Source: Lepidodermella squamata (lineage: Eukaryota > Animalia > Gastrotricha). Taken from it: a stretch of DNA of 64,000 nucleotides. This document shows positions 1 to 10,900 of this stretch, one piece after another; the stretch's first letter is position 1; the number at the start of each line of letters is the position of its first letter. A program made the translations under genes and the position numbers. A model generated the notes under the pieces. It ran no database searches and was not told where the DNA came from. It saw nothing but the letters and a program-made list of their open reading frames with translations. The stretch lies in contig JBLDXI010000007.1 of NCBI GenBank assembly GCA_047495785.1, forward strand, positions 4,402,001 to 4,466,000, read 5' to 3'.

Positions 1-332
1 TGCCTTGAAATTAGTCCGTAATTGCTCAATGCCATTAATGCGATGAATTTAAAACAGAAAAATTCAGGTTAACCGCGAAAGAATTATCGAAAATACATAA
101 TTCATCTTAATTTTTTCAAATTTCATATTAATTGGTCATTTTTTAAATAATTCTAGGAATTTTAGGCGAAGCATGACTTCTGAGAATGTTAGGCTGAATT
201 TGCTGGTGATTTATTCAGAAGTATTCTGGTCAATCTTGACCAAGGTGATTGATTTTTTAAGCTGTGATTTCAAATGAAATTGTTTGCGAAATCGGACGAT
301 CTGGGCATTTTGAAGTAAATTGAAATAATGAG

Positions 333-498
333 CAGGGTGCGAAGTACAGGGGTGCTGGGGTGTCGCGACACCCCAGCTTCGGGATTCCAAACAGAGGAAG
401 GCTGAAAATACCACAGGGAGGACCCTTTGGTTTCTTCGGCTTCGTGCTGGAAACTTGCCAGAAAACACCTCAGCTCCCGGATCCTACATCGCACACTG
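333..498. mobile_element. hAT-type MITE (166 bp)
   Basis: Imperfect TIRs CAGGGTGCGAAGTAC / CCTACATCGCACACTG; perfect 8-bp TSD ATAATGAG (325-332 and 499-506). An inverted homologous copy lies at about 62366-62536. Confidence 0.8.
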
Positions 499-1490
499 AT
501 AATGAGATTCCAGGTTTTGTTATTATTCTGAGTTCCGTAACCCCAGGCAGGACTTAAAATCAGAGTAAAGAAACAAGGCCAGCCAGCCAAATCAAAGCCG
601 CCCGGGCAACTCAGAAAAAAACTTTGCGACGAACTTATGATTCATAGTGTTATTGTTTCACAGCCTTCAGCGAGCGAAATTTGTGATGACACGTAATCCG
701 TGTCCGTCTCTTTCTGCGCGTTGGCATGGCAACTGTCTTAAGACGTAGAAACGGTCTATTTTTAGCTTCTGCATTCAATTACAGCCCTCGTTATAGCTTT
801 CCCTTGTTTAAAGACCGGGTCTGGCTCCCGACCCAGTGCTTTTATCGAGGGAGCACTGTATTTACCACACTGTGGATGGGGAGCAAGTGGTCGAGCGGTC
901 CCAGCACCTCACTGGCGGCGAAGAGGCACGGGTTCAATCCCCAGAACCGCAACACCGTGTAGGACGCCATTCACCGGCAATCAAGATATGGCTACTCAGT
1001 ACACAAAGCCTGGGAACCATGGTACGACCATCAACCATGGGTATAGTGGACTCATAAGCCTTGTGATGATGTCTGATACCAAATGCTAAATGTCGAAAGG
1101 CAACTTGCATAAATAAAGAGTATGAGTATGAGTATGCTGAAACAATACCTAGAGAAAATTATTGAATTTAACAGGAGTACTTTTATTAATTTTATGGATG
1201 AAAAAAGCACAGTCGACCGCGACCAAGTGTACGAAGCGCTCGAGGGTCTAGCAGTTTCTCGCAGTCTTATAGTTATAGATAATATCAAGGCTTTATACAA
1301 GGACATTTACACATTGCCACTGTGCGAGTAAATGGCGTAAGCGCGAAACCCTTCCGGGTGACTAAGGGACTAAGGCTTCCCACTGTCCCCCCTGGCTATT
1401 TATAGTTGAATTAAATGCAGTCTGCAAGAGAAAACGATGAGTGGCAAATGTTACTAGCGGCTGTCGCAAGATTTGGAGGAAAAGCAATTA

Positions 1491-1676
1491 CCGTAGTTGT
1501 TCCAATAGTAGCCCAGGGTTGAGGGGCCAATTCGGTTCGTAAATATCAAAAATATCAAATTCACCAAATTCGTAAATATCAAAAATATCAAATTCACCAA
1601 CAATTATTTTTCGAAATTTTTGAAAATCTCGAGGTTAAAATTTTAGTAGCCCGGGCTGCTGTAGGAACAAATAAGG
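1491..1676. mobile_element. Tc1/mariner-like MITE inside the LINE remnant
   Basis: TA-flanked imperfect TIRs (CCGTAGTTGTTCCAATAGTAGCCC / GGGCTGCTGTAGGAACAAATAAGG); internal tandem duplication of TTCGTAAATATCAAAAATATCAAATTCACCAA. Confidence 0.55.
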
Positions 1677-1965
1677 TACTTATAGATGTTTTTGTTGGGG
1701 TGGGCGGACAGTTGAGATTTAAAATTAACGTTCCAAAAACTAAATTTATGAGAGTCAATAAAAATAACTGTAATTTACATTAACCTTTTTCTATCTACTG
1801 GCAGTTGATTGAGGAAGCCGATCAGTTCGTTTATTGCGGAAGTGTTATCACGTCTGACGGCAGGTGTAAGGCTGATATAAGGACTCGTTTGGCAAATTTT
1901 CAGATTTATCTGTTAATGACCATTCACCCCTAGGTGCTCTCGGTCCAGGAGCAGAGTCGTTAGCA

Positions 1966-2003
1966 CATTACATATCATATATGCATATATATATATATAT
2001 TTA
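1966..2003. repeat. (TA)n-rich microsatellite
   Basis: Visible catatatatatatatat tract. Confidence 0.7.
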
Positions 2004-2267
2004 TATTCACATATCACGTATTTGATCAGATATGATTATTTGTAGTAAGGATTTTTCGGTATTTTTGTTTTTTCGTTTGGTTTTTATTGGTTTTATTGAC
2101 TCGTTTGAGGGATCCAGGGCTGTTTGTCTCGCTGGACAACAAGTTTGGTCAAGTTGGACGGGTTTGCTAGTTTGTCCGTTCGAGAAGGTGGCGGCAGGTT
2201 GTTATTGTTGGATTCAAAAAACAAAACACGTTAGCTTTCAGGTGATGGTTAGACTTACTCCAAAGTT

Positions 2268-2357
2268 GAAGGCTCAAGGCTTAGGCTCAGGTGAAGACTC
2301 GGGTCAAGGCTAAGGGTGAAGGCTCAGGGTGAGGGCTCAGGTGAAGGCTCAAGGCTC
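2268..2357. repeat. Degenerate GGCTCA/GGTGAA hexamer array
   Basis: Repeated ggctcaggtgaa-like units; reads as Glu-Pro/Ser-Pro on the minus strand but with stops and frameshifts. Confidence 0.55.
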
Positions 2358-3533
2358 TGTATGAATCAAAAGGGAAGGATTAAATATGACCAAGGCTGGC
2401 GGTTGGCTGAGGTCAGGGATTCAAGGCTCCGGCTCTGAAAGGCAAGCTCAAAATGTAAAATGGGTGAACTGGACTGAACCAGCAAGTGAGTTTCGACTAA
2501 TGCGGTCCTACGATCGCGAGAGATCTGGGTGCTAGTCGACGTATAGGAGCCATACGGGTGTATTTTCCTGCAACGGTTCCACGGAGGTGCTCGCTCCTCC
2601 AGGCTGGTGAGTGATTGCTCATGATTTTTCTCCCGAAAGCGTCGAATTCGAGGTGCCAGATGTAGCGCAGATAACTGGCCATGACTTCGCTGGTCTGGAG
2701 GCAGCGCTTTCCACATTCTTCTAGTCTGTCCCAAAGTAACTCTTCGATAGATTTCACTTCTGCCAGAAATAGGGTTCCGTAGGCATCAGCGTCATATGGC
2801 AGATCTAGCGCGGCTGCTCTTAGGCCATTCGCTTGGATTTCGTTTAGAAAAAGGCAAGGAAAAAGGCAACAAGGCTTTGTTGCTATACGGAAAAAAATGT
2901 TTAGCAATCGATCTGTCCCGCGGCTACGGAAAAATGAAATGTTTAGGGCGCTGTGGACTGTGGATGCGACTAACATGCATGGCGGCGAAAGTTGGACGTT
3001 AACTTCTTCGAGGATGCGGGGTGACTCGACGTAGGTTTTAAGCATTATTTGCGTAAAATTTGCGGCGTAACACTTACGGACAGCATTCGCAATGGGGTCA
3101 TTAGAAATTCACAGAAGAAAGTCAAACTTTCTTCATGGATCCGGATATCCACCGACGATATCCACCTAGATAATTTGCCCATAGATAAAAATTTCCGAAT
3201 GGATGGAGAAAATCACATTATCACAATCAGCTCAGTGAATTTATTTCCATTTACAGCTTTTCCTGCACGCAACATAACCGAGCATGAACAGAAAGAAAAT
3301 TACTGTAATACATAGGTACTAACAAAAATACCAAATGGGCCGGGTTTCTATTGGACAGGAAAAATCATAAATTTGATGTAATCTATCCGCTAGAGAAATC
3401 GCAACACATAAAAGTATAATACAATAAGAATTTGCAAGACCCAACGTCTACCATAACTATACCTCATAGCGACTCATTTTGTCTTTCAAAACCAGGGCCG
3501 TTATAACTTCACCAGACATCAGGCATCGACCAA

Positions 3534-5857
3534 TTAAATATTTTGCACAAGGTAGAGATTGACAGCGAGGACGCCTTCGAATGCAACAAGGAAAGCTAGG
3601 CTGTCCAGGGCGCGGATTAGTGACAAAGCAAAGTTGCCAATGACATTCACGCGGCTTTCGAACCTGGCATTGTCCTTTGAAGCCAGCCTGGACGTTATGA
3701 CTTGGTACACGGCGATGCAAGCAATCGTTCCAGTGAGGCCGAGCACGTAATTAGCGTACAAAATCTCCTGATCAGTCGCAGGAACACTCGAGAGCACGTC
3801 TGACTGGGCGACAATCAGCGACAGCATGATTGTGCAACAAATTCCAGGCCGATCCGGAACGGCTGGGTCCATGAAGAAGGTTGCGAAGGCGAGAATTATC
3901 AACACATAGCAAGGCACAACCATGTTGACGACGTAGTAACCAGGGTTGCGTCTGAACACGAAATGGATCTTCGCATATGACACTGGAACCGACAGCCTGG
4001 TTGGGCAGGTGACGTTTCCCTTCGCAACGGTCAGCGAATCGAAAGACCAAACACCGTAGGATAAATCTCCAGGCAAGACATGTATCCCATCCAAGGTGAT
4101 AAAATGGGAAGCTTCAGACACCAATATCACTATTTCACAGGTTTGAGTGTCGAATGGAAATTTTGTCAACTCGTAATCGCAGCTCGCTGTGAAGGTCCCG
4201 ACCCGGTTCCAGTGGAAGAACAACGTGCGATTCGGAACTGTGGGGTAGTAGGCAATGTCCATCGTCTCGCCGCAATCTGGGTTCAAAAGGTCGAATTCAG
4301 GTGTTTTGTTGGCGAAAATCAGCGACGGGCGCCAAATGTCAGTTCGGCGGGTTGACAGAAGTCGTTCCTTATCCGCTGCCCCGGGCGCTGTATACGCTGC
4401 CCCGCACGACCCGACCATCCATTGCAGAAGCAACCCGCCCCACAACGACAACTCGTGCTCCTCCTGGTCGATCGAAGCCACCCGTTCGACGGTTAGCGTC
4501 GCGTATACTTTCGTTTGTGGGCTTGGTGCGCGCCTGTCATAGTTGAGGGCGTCGCATGGCATCAGATCGTCAACATCAACCGTCGGAATGTGGTGCCCTT
4601 CATCCAGCTGCGGGATAGGGAAATGATCGTCCGATTGCGTTACGCTCGGCATTTTGAAGGTAACTGGAGATGTCGAAGTTGTAGTTGTAGTCGTAGTCGA
4701 CGTTGATGTCTTGCTCGCGCAGTCGTAGATAGCGACGTGATACAGGTCCATCGTGTCCGCCAGAATGGCATTTTTCCCGCCAATGCCGAACGCCATGTTC
4801 TGTCCCATGCTGGCGATTCGAACGGGTGAAGGGTTGCCAGTAAACGGACCGATGCACGAGCCATTTTTCACACAAAAAGCCAACTGTGATGAGACAAAAA
4901 AAGAATAAAGCTTTTTGTCATGCTGTAATGGATTTTTCAAGACGAGCGAAAAAAGCATAGATCATGGAAAAAAACAAGGCTAGGTTCCGATTTTCCATCG
5001 CAGATCTTGCTCGATGTGTTAAAAAGCCCTATATTCAAGCTATTGTCTCTACCTCGAAGTTTTACCGTCTAAACATTAAATGGTGAGAAACTTTCTCAGA
5101 GAAAGCTAGAAAACATTCGAAGCCTACCGAAACTTGCGTGCCATTGGTCACGCGAATCTGGTGAATGACGTAGTTGTTTCTCAAATACGGATCGCGGGGT
5201 ACACTCGGAGAAGCAACTGTTGTAAAATTTCCTCCAGGTGTTGTTATGACTCGCGGTTCAACCCAAGGCCCGTATGGATAGATTATAACACTCAATCCGA
5301 CGAAAAGTGAATTATCAATGCCATAGCCTCCGGTATCTAACGAATACAGTCAGTGTCAGTTCTCTTTTAATTTCACAAAAACTGAAATTACATCCGGTTA
5401 CCGGTCGTTTCAGTGAGGCATTATTAGCAATCACAACGCGCACGCCATCAGCTGGTCCGCCATCATTATCGGTGTTGTATGCCAAGATTTCGATGTAAAA
5501 ATCGTCCAGATTGAACACCTGATAAGTTGTGATTCCATTTCAGTTTGGGTTTGGGTAAAAATTGTGACACTTGAAAGTAATTCTTCGAAGTTTAATGATC
5601 AAATCTACCTGTTTATTCCAGAGACCAGATTCATACCATGTATTACTTTCTGACGTCAATCTGGTCGTATTTGGCGGCTGCCCGGTCGTTTTGAGGTTTG
5701 GCATGGGAAGATAGTCCCAGTAGGCCGAACGGTCAGTCGCGTGATCAATCAGTGACATCTGGGGCACCAGAGTGCCACAGGACAGCAGACTCTGCCCGCC
5801 AGCAGCATTCAGAGAACAAGCCAAGCAGATGAAGGCAGAAAGGCTTGCGTGAAACAT
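3534..5857 (-). CDS. Gene A: L-type lectin-like domain + short Thr stalk + Cys-loop pLGIC subunit (class I), about 644 aa, 4 exons
   Basis: Exons 5857-5609, 5518-5392, 5336-5128, 4883-3534; all GT-AG, phases join in frame. Signal peptide; lectin-like motifs TRLT..GLW, PADGVRVVIANN, FGIGGK..DLYHVAIYDC; Cys-loop CDYELTKFPFDTQTC; loop A DIWRPS; four TM helices. Confidence 0.85.
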
Positions 5858-7432
5858 GATCTATACCATTTCTAAAAACACAGCTGAAATCGAAAAGTGG
5901 GCAGGAAAATTGATAGGGAAATATGAATCGAAGCCTATTCAGGCTTAAAAGAGCCCGCCCAGGAATTGTTAGCAGTAACAATAACCAAACTACCACCAAC
6001 CTAGTGATGAAGAGTGAAACTTCCACGACTCAACTTGAGAGATGAATTTTATCAGCTATCCGAAAGCCAGCACTTATTTGCCTCGGCGCGTTCAAGTTTC
6101 AAATCGTAAAATATTAACAAGCCGCGCGTAGTGTCTAAGCTATTGCGATTGGTTGCTAGAGAAGCTCCATAAAACGAAGCGTTGTCGCACGCTTGAGCCT
6201 AAACGATGCTGTTATTCTTTTCGAAGCGTGCATCCGCCTACTCGATCGATATTGAATCGTCTATGCATTGCTCTCGCTGAAGTCCTGAAACCAAACGTCA
6301 GCCCTACTACTTTTTCGCGCGTCGTCCTATTTTTCATGCCCGGTGACTTCTACGGGCGAGCAGGGCCGGTAGAGGTGTCGTTTCTAGCTGTCTCCGCTTA
6401 TTTCATGTATCTGAAATGAAGTTTCTTTTTCATTTTTCACGTTTTTCGAGCGTTGCTTCAGTGCGGGATAGCGTGAAGTTTAAATGTGTAACTAGGAAAT
6501 CGGGTAGCGTTTAGCATAAGGGTCCTGAAACACCTTTCTGATTTCTGAGCGATCGAGATTCGGCGCAAATCGATAGTATTTATGAAACTATTGGCAAATT
6601 TTGGAACCACTGGGAAGCCCATGAAGTGACTACCATTTTCGTTTCAATCGTATGAAATGTTTCTCCTAAAATACCGCAAACATCAACACGTTGCGTTTTA
6701 TTCATCGCACGCTTCAAAAATAGTGTGAATGCCCTAGGCTGCCGTGAACCGTGATGAGCATGGCCGAAATTTTTGCGTAAATAACAAAAATTGATTCAGA
6801 GTTGAAGCTCTCAATTCACAGTCCCAAAATGAGCTCACCCACAGTCCCAAATGGGGCGCATTTTTTTCCCGAAATGCTAAGTCATTTTCGAAGTATGCTA
6901 ATGCAGAAACATTAGCACTTAGTTGGTGATGGCGCAATAGCGCAAATGGCGTTGGCGATTGCTCTAAGAGTCGCGCGTTAACGTCGTCTCCGCCCATCAT
7001 TGTCGTAGCATGCTCGCGGACTGGCGCGACACCCTACGCGCATTTGAAGCTATTGCAGACGCTAGATTTCTGAAATACGTGCTTTTCACTTCAGAGTTAT
7101 TGAAAAACATGCATTTTAAATTCAAAGAATTTTCAGCTGAATAGCAAAATATCGATAGCTAAGAACCCCTCACGAAACATTTTCGGAGCCCGAATTTTCG
7201 AACTGCAGGGTATTTCTGTCTGGTTTTCTTGCCTGGGCCTCTCTCGACCTGAATGGTACGGTATCCCACGTAACGCCCATACTTCACACCTTCTTTGCTC
7301 CTTGCAACAAAGACTCATATAAATGCGCTTAAAAGCAAGCATGGTACATTGTATCAAAGATTGTATTCATGCAAAATACAATATTTTTTTAAGCAGAGAA
7401 AAGCGCAAACGACTTGAAGCTTGAAGCTCCCA

Positions 7433-7580
7433 CCCAGAGCGAAGTACTGCTAGGGATGGTAGGGATCATCCCTACCAGTTCCATCGGTCCGTGCGGTGAG
7501 CTCATTCAGGTACCAAGTACCTAAGGGGGGACTTCTAGTCCCTACCAGTTCCGCGTTCCGCGGTCCTACTTCGCTCCATG
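7433..7580. mobile_element. Degenerate hAT-like MITE related to 333-498
   Basis: GAGCGAAGTAC..CCTACTTCGCTCCATG termini. The internal TCCCTACCAGTTC motif recurs at about 14130-14275 and, inverted, at about 17137-17245. No clear TSD. Confidence 0.45.
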
Positions 7581-7918
7581 CTTCGCCCATTAGAAACATA
7601 CAAACAAACCTCGAACAATTCAAGTACAGCAATAGTGAAATTCAACCAAAGTTCACCTCAGAATGTTCGAACGCACCTCTCTAGCGAAGCACAAGATCGG
7701 CTGTTAGCGGCTGTTGGTTCTGGATCGCTTTTAGCTCTCAGCTTTGAATACTTTTTACTACGAGTCAAAAATGACAAGACGAATTTTGCGAATGTTCGAT
7801 GATTGCTTAGAATTTTTAGGTTTTGAATAAATTATTTACAGTGGCATCCTACTCCGCATTTTCGCAAACAAGCCGACGAGGTGTGAAATCGAAATCGTTG
7901 AACACTCTTGTTTCCGAC

Positions 7919-10900
7919 ATGAAACTGCTCATCGTGCTAAGCTACCTGGGCAGCGCCATTGGTCAAGGAATACCCCGATGTGGAACGGTGGTTCCACAGT
8001 TGAGCCTCTTCAGCCATGTTGACGCAGATCGAGCGGTTAACTGGGATTTGTACCAGCTGTTGGACGCGGCGAATTCACCACTGAATGCTACTCGTCTCTC
8101 TATAGGAGGATGGCATGGCAACGCTGGCCTACGGTCGAAAAGTGTTAGTATTGCGATTATTTCCGATCTTTCATATCACGCTTTTGTATTTTACCAGTTT
8201 TTTACGCTGACAAATTTCTATATCGAAGTTGTGGTTTACATTACCTCGCCAATGACTGGGGTTGCAGAAGGCGTTCAAATTACGATCGGCAACAACGCTT
8301 CAATGAACCCGTTCACAGGTAAAGTCTTCGAGCGGCCTAAAGATTTGTCGTGATTGCTTTATATCAAGCGGGCAATTATTACGGCATTGATTGGACATCA
8401 TTTGTTGGCATGGGCGTCCACTCAATCCCCTTCCTAGGGACCTATTTGAGCTGGATGAGCACAGTCCCATATGGACAAGACAGCCCGCCCTATTACTGCT
8501 CAGTTCGCGATGTCATCGTGTGTCAGTCAGGTATCGATGCTAACACTTGGATGCTTAACACGCTCGTCAAGATTCAAGTTCGCGTCGAGGCTGGTTACAA
8601 AATGTCTATAGCTTCGTGTTTCGGTAATGGCACATGCTTGGGCCCATTAAATGGGTCGTCGAGTCTCTACTCGTTGCTGAGCTCTTTCTCAGGTCAGCAG
8701 ATGGTTCTCGGCGTTAGTACAAGAAATGGGGGAAATTCAAATCAAGTTGATATCCTAAGCATCGGCGTCTACGATTGTTCAAACGATTCATCTCCGAACC
8801 GGTATGTTCAAAATTATGTTAAAGAAATAAGAGTACCAATTATGCTCCGGCAGGATACCTATTTCTGGGACATTCTCACCCCAATGGTCTCTTATCAATC
8901 ACGTGGCCGATCGAGCTAGGTATTGGGACTACTACCCCTACGCTGGTATGAGTTCAGCCGGTCAGCAGGCTAACACAACCCGACTGTCATCAGAGGGTTC
9001 AGCTAACGTCGAAACTGGCCTGTGGAATAGAATAGTAAGTCACTACGTATTCCGTGCTTAAATTACCATGCCAAAATGGCTCGTTTTATAGTTTATTGTA
9101 CCATTTTGCCCCGTTTGTAGTAACATGAAATATTTATGGTGATACCGTAATCCGGTACAACTTTGAACAGGTACAAGTTTGAACATTTCACGCAAATCAG
9201 CTTTTATCTGAAACCATGGGGTTATGTTATGTATCAACCATGGGGATCTACCGCTTGGGAATTTCAGTGAATATGGGTCTCGTTGAGATGTAACATTTTG
9301 CCAAGTTTCATGAATACAACCCCCACGGTTTCTCTCTTAAAAATTCCCGAAAAATAAACGTTTTTGGTCTACTTTGAAGTGTTGTCCGGCGATAACAGTA
9401 GCAGATATCCGCGCGGTCCAACTTGGCGAATTCAAGCTTATACTTTTCTGAAGAAGTAGCCAAAAAGGCACGCCCTTCTACAGAGTGGTTTTCGCGTGGC
9501 ATGCGCTCAAGGTTGCAAGGGTAGCCGGTACAACTTTGAACACTCGAAAGTACAAGTTTGAACACGGTGGAAATTCATTATTTTTCAAGGAGAATTTTTC
9601 AAGTTTTTTAAAGACTTCGCTCGCATTTACTGAACTCCACTAGGCTCCATAGAGAACGTAGGGATCAGAAAAAAAGACTTCTTATCTCGTATTGGCAACG
9701 AATTAATTTCAAATACCGAGTGAAAAGTCAACCATAAAAATGTTGATGGCTTATTATTTTTAAATGTTCACGCACTCCGTCCTCTATGGGCAAACCAGAG
9801 GGTTTTTTTTATTCGCAACACTTCGAACAGTATATACTGTATTTTGTGTATTGTCGTTCGAAAATAGCACTTTCTACAAAAAATGAAATGATTTTCTACG
9901 CGTTCGTAAATTCGCTGTTTTTCAAACAGCATAAAGTGTATTTTTCCAGCACATGATTTTTGAATCTGTGCAATATGCAGAAATAGTAAGCCATTCGCAA
10001 ATATGACTTTATCAATCAGGCGAAATCGATGTGGAGGGTTCGACTCCTCGTGGGGTCAAGCCATTGTTATCTTATAATTTTCGCCCCGGCACTTTTTATG
10101 CGCACAAGCAGCCCATTTCTACACTTTGCACACTTTTTCTGGCTGTATTTTTTGTAGGAAAAATAGGGCTGTATTTTCTGTATTTTTTATTCGAATTCGT
10201 AGAAAATACAGGAGAAATACAGTATTTCTGTAGCGAATTTTCGAATGCAACAAACTGTAGCTGTAGCTGTATTTACTGTTGCGAATAAAAAAAACCCCTC
10301 AGTGAGTTGAAAATCGCAAATTTCACGCGAAATTCTCGCCCACGAATAAAGGTGGATTTTTTTATTACACTCTTTATTGGTGTTCAAAGATCAAAGTTGT
10401 ACTTTCGGGGTACCCGGTACCCGTTGCCAAATCCTTACGCTTGAGAATTTCCGAGAATAAAAAATATCAGGATGCTACGCAAGGCGGCCCCTATCGAACT
10501 ACGTTGAAAACCCGACCAAAATCGCATCTGTTGAATTTACACAGCACATTGAAGTTTGCATGGACGTAGGTGTTCAAAGTTGTACCGGATTACGGTACAT
10601 CATGTTGAAATAAGATGACTCACTGTTGGAGGAAACGCACTTGGTACATCGTACCCTCTTCAGTTCGAGAATTTCAGACGGGAAAACCCGGAAAATCAGC
10701 GTGAAAATCATTTGCTCTTAAAATGCAAAAGGAAATGTTCCATGTTCCAGATGCCGACTCGCGCCCCGATTCCGATTGCTATTGACATTTTCAACGCATT
10801 TCAAACACTGCCTCGAAAACAGCGAAATTGAAATTTTGTATTTTGTAGTACTTGCGCTCAGGGAATTGTGAGCCGTCGTAATATGTAGGGGTGCAGCGCA

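Larger units (their letters stand above)
1030..3140 (+). mobile_element. Decayed RTE-like LINE reverse-transcriptase remnant, interrupted by later insertions
   Basis: Frameshifted RT pieces: LEKIIEFN..FINFMDEKSTVDR (1122-1331), KINVPKTKFM..FVYCGSVITSDG (about 1720-1890), LRKICGVTL..RN (3049-3110). They resemble the RT pieces at 35122-35907 and 48840-49556. Confidence 0.6.

Noticed and set aside
4080-4875. Overlapping alternative-frame and antisense ORFs over the channel exons (also at 12085-13047, 17257-18309, 43719-44784)
   Set aside because: Expected by-products of GC-richer coding sequence; their similarity between paralogues simply mirrors the sense gene.
3534-4958. Calling the channel ORFs nicotinic receptor alpha subunits
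   Set aside because: No loop-C vicinal cysteines and no loop-B Trp; the single-ORF starts lie in introns or mid-exon, so no gene symbol is given.
10010-10063. GGTTCGACTCC B-box followed by CCA (tRNA-like); a similar motif occurs at about 41530
   Set aside because: No full cloverleaf or A-box could be built; both lie inside transposon sequence.
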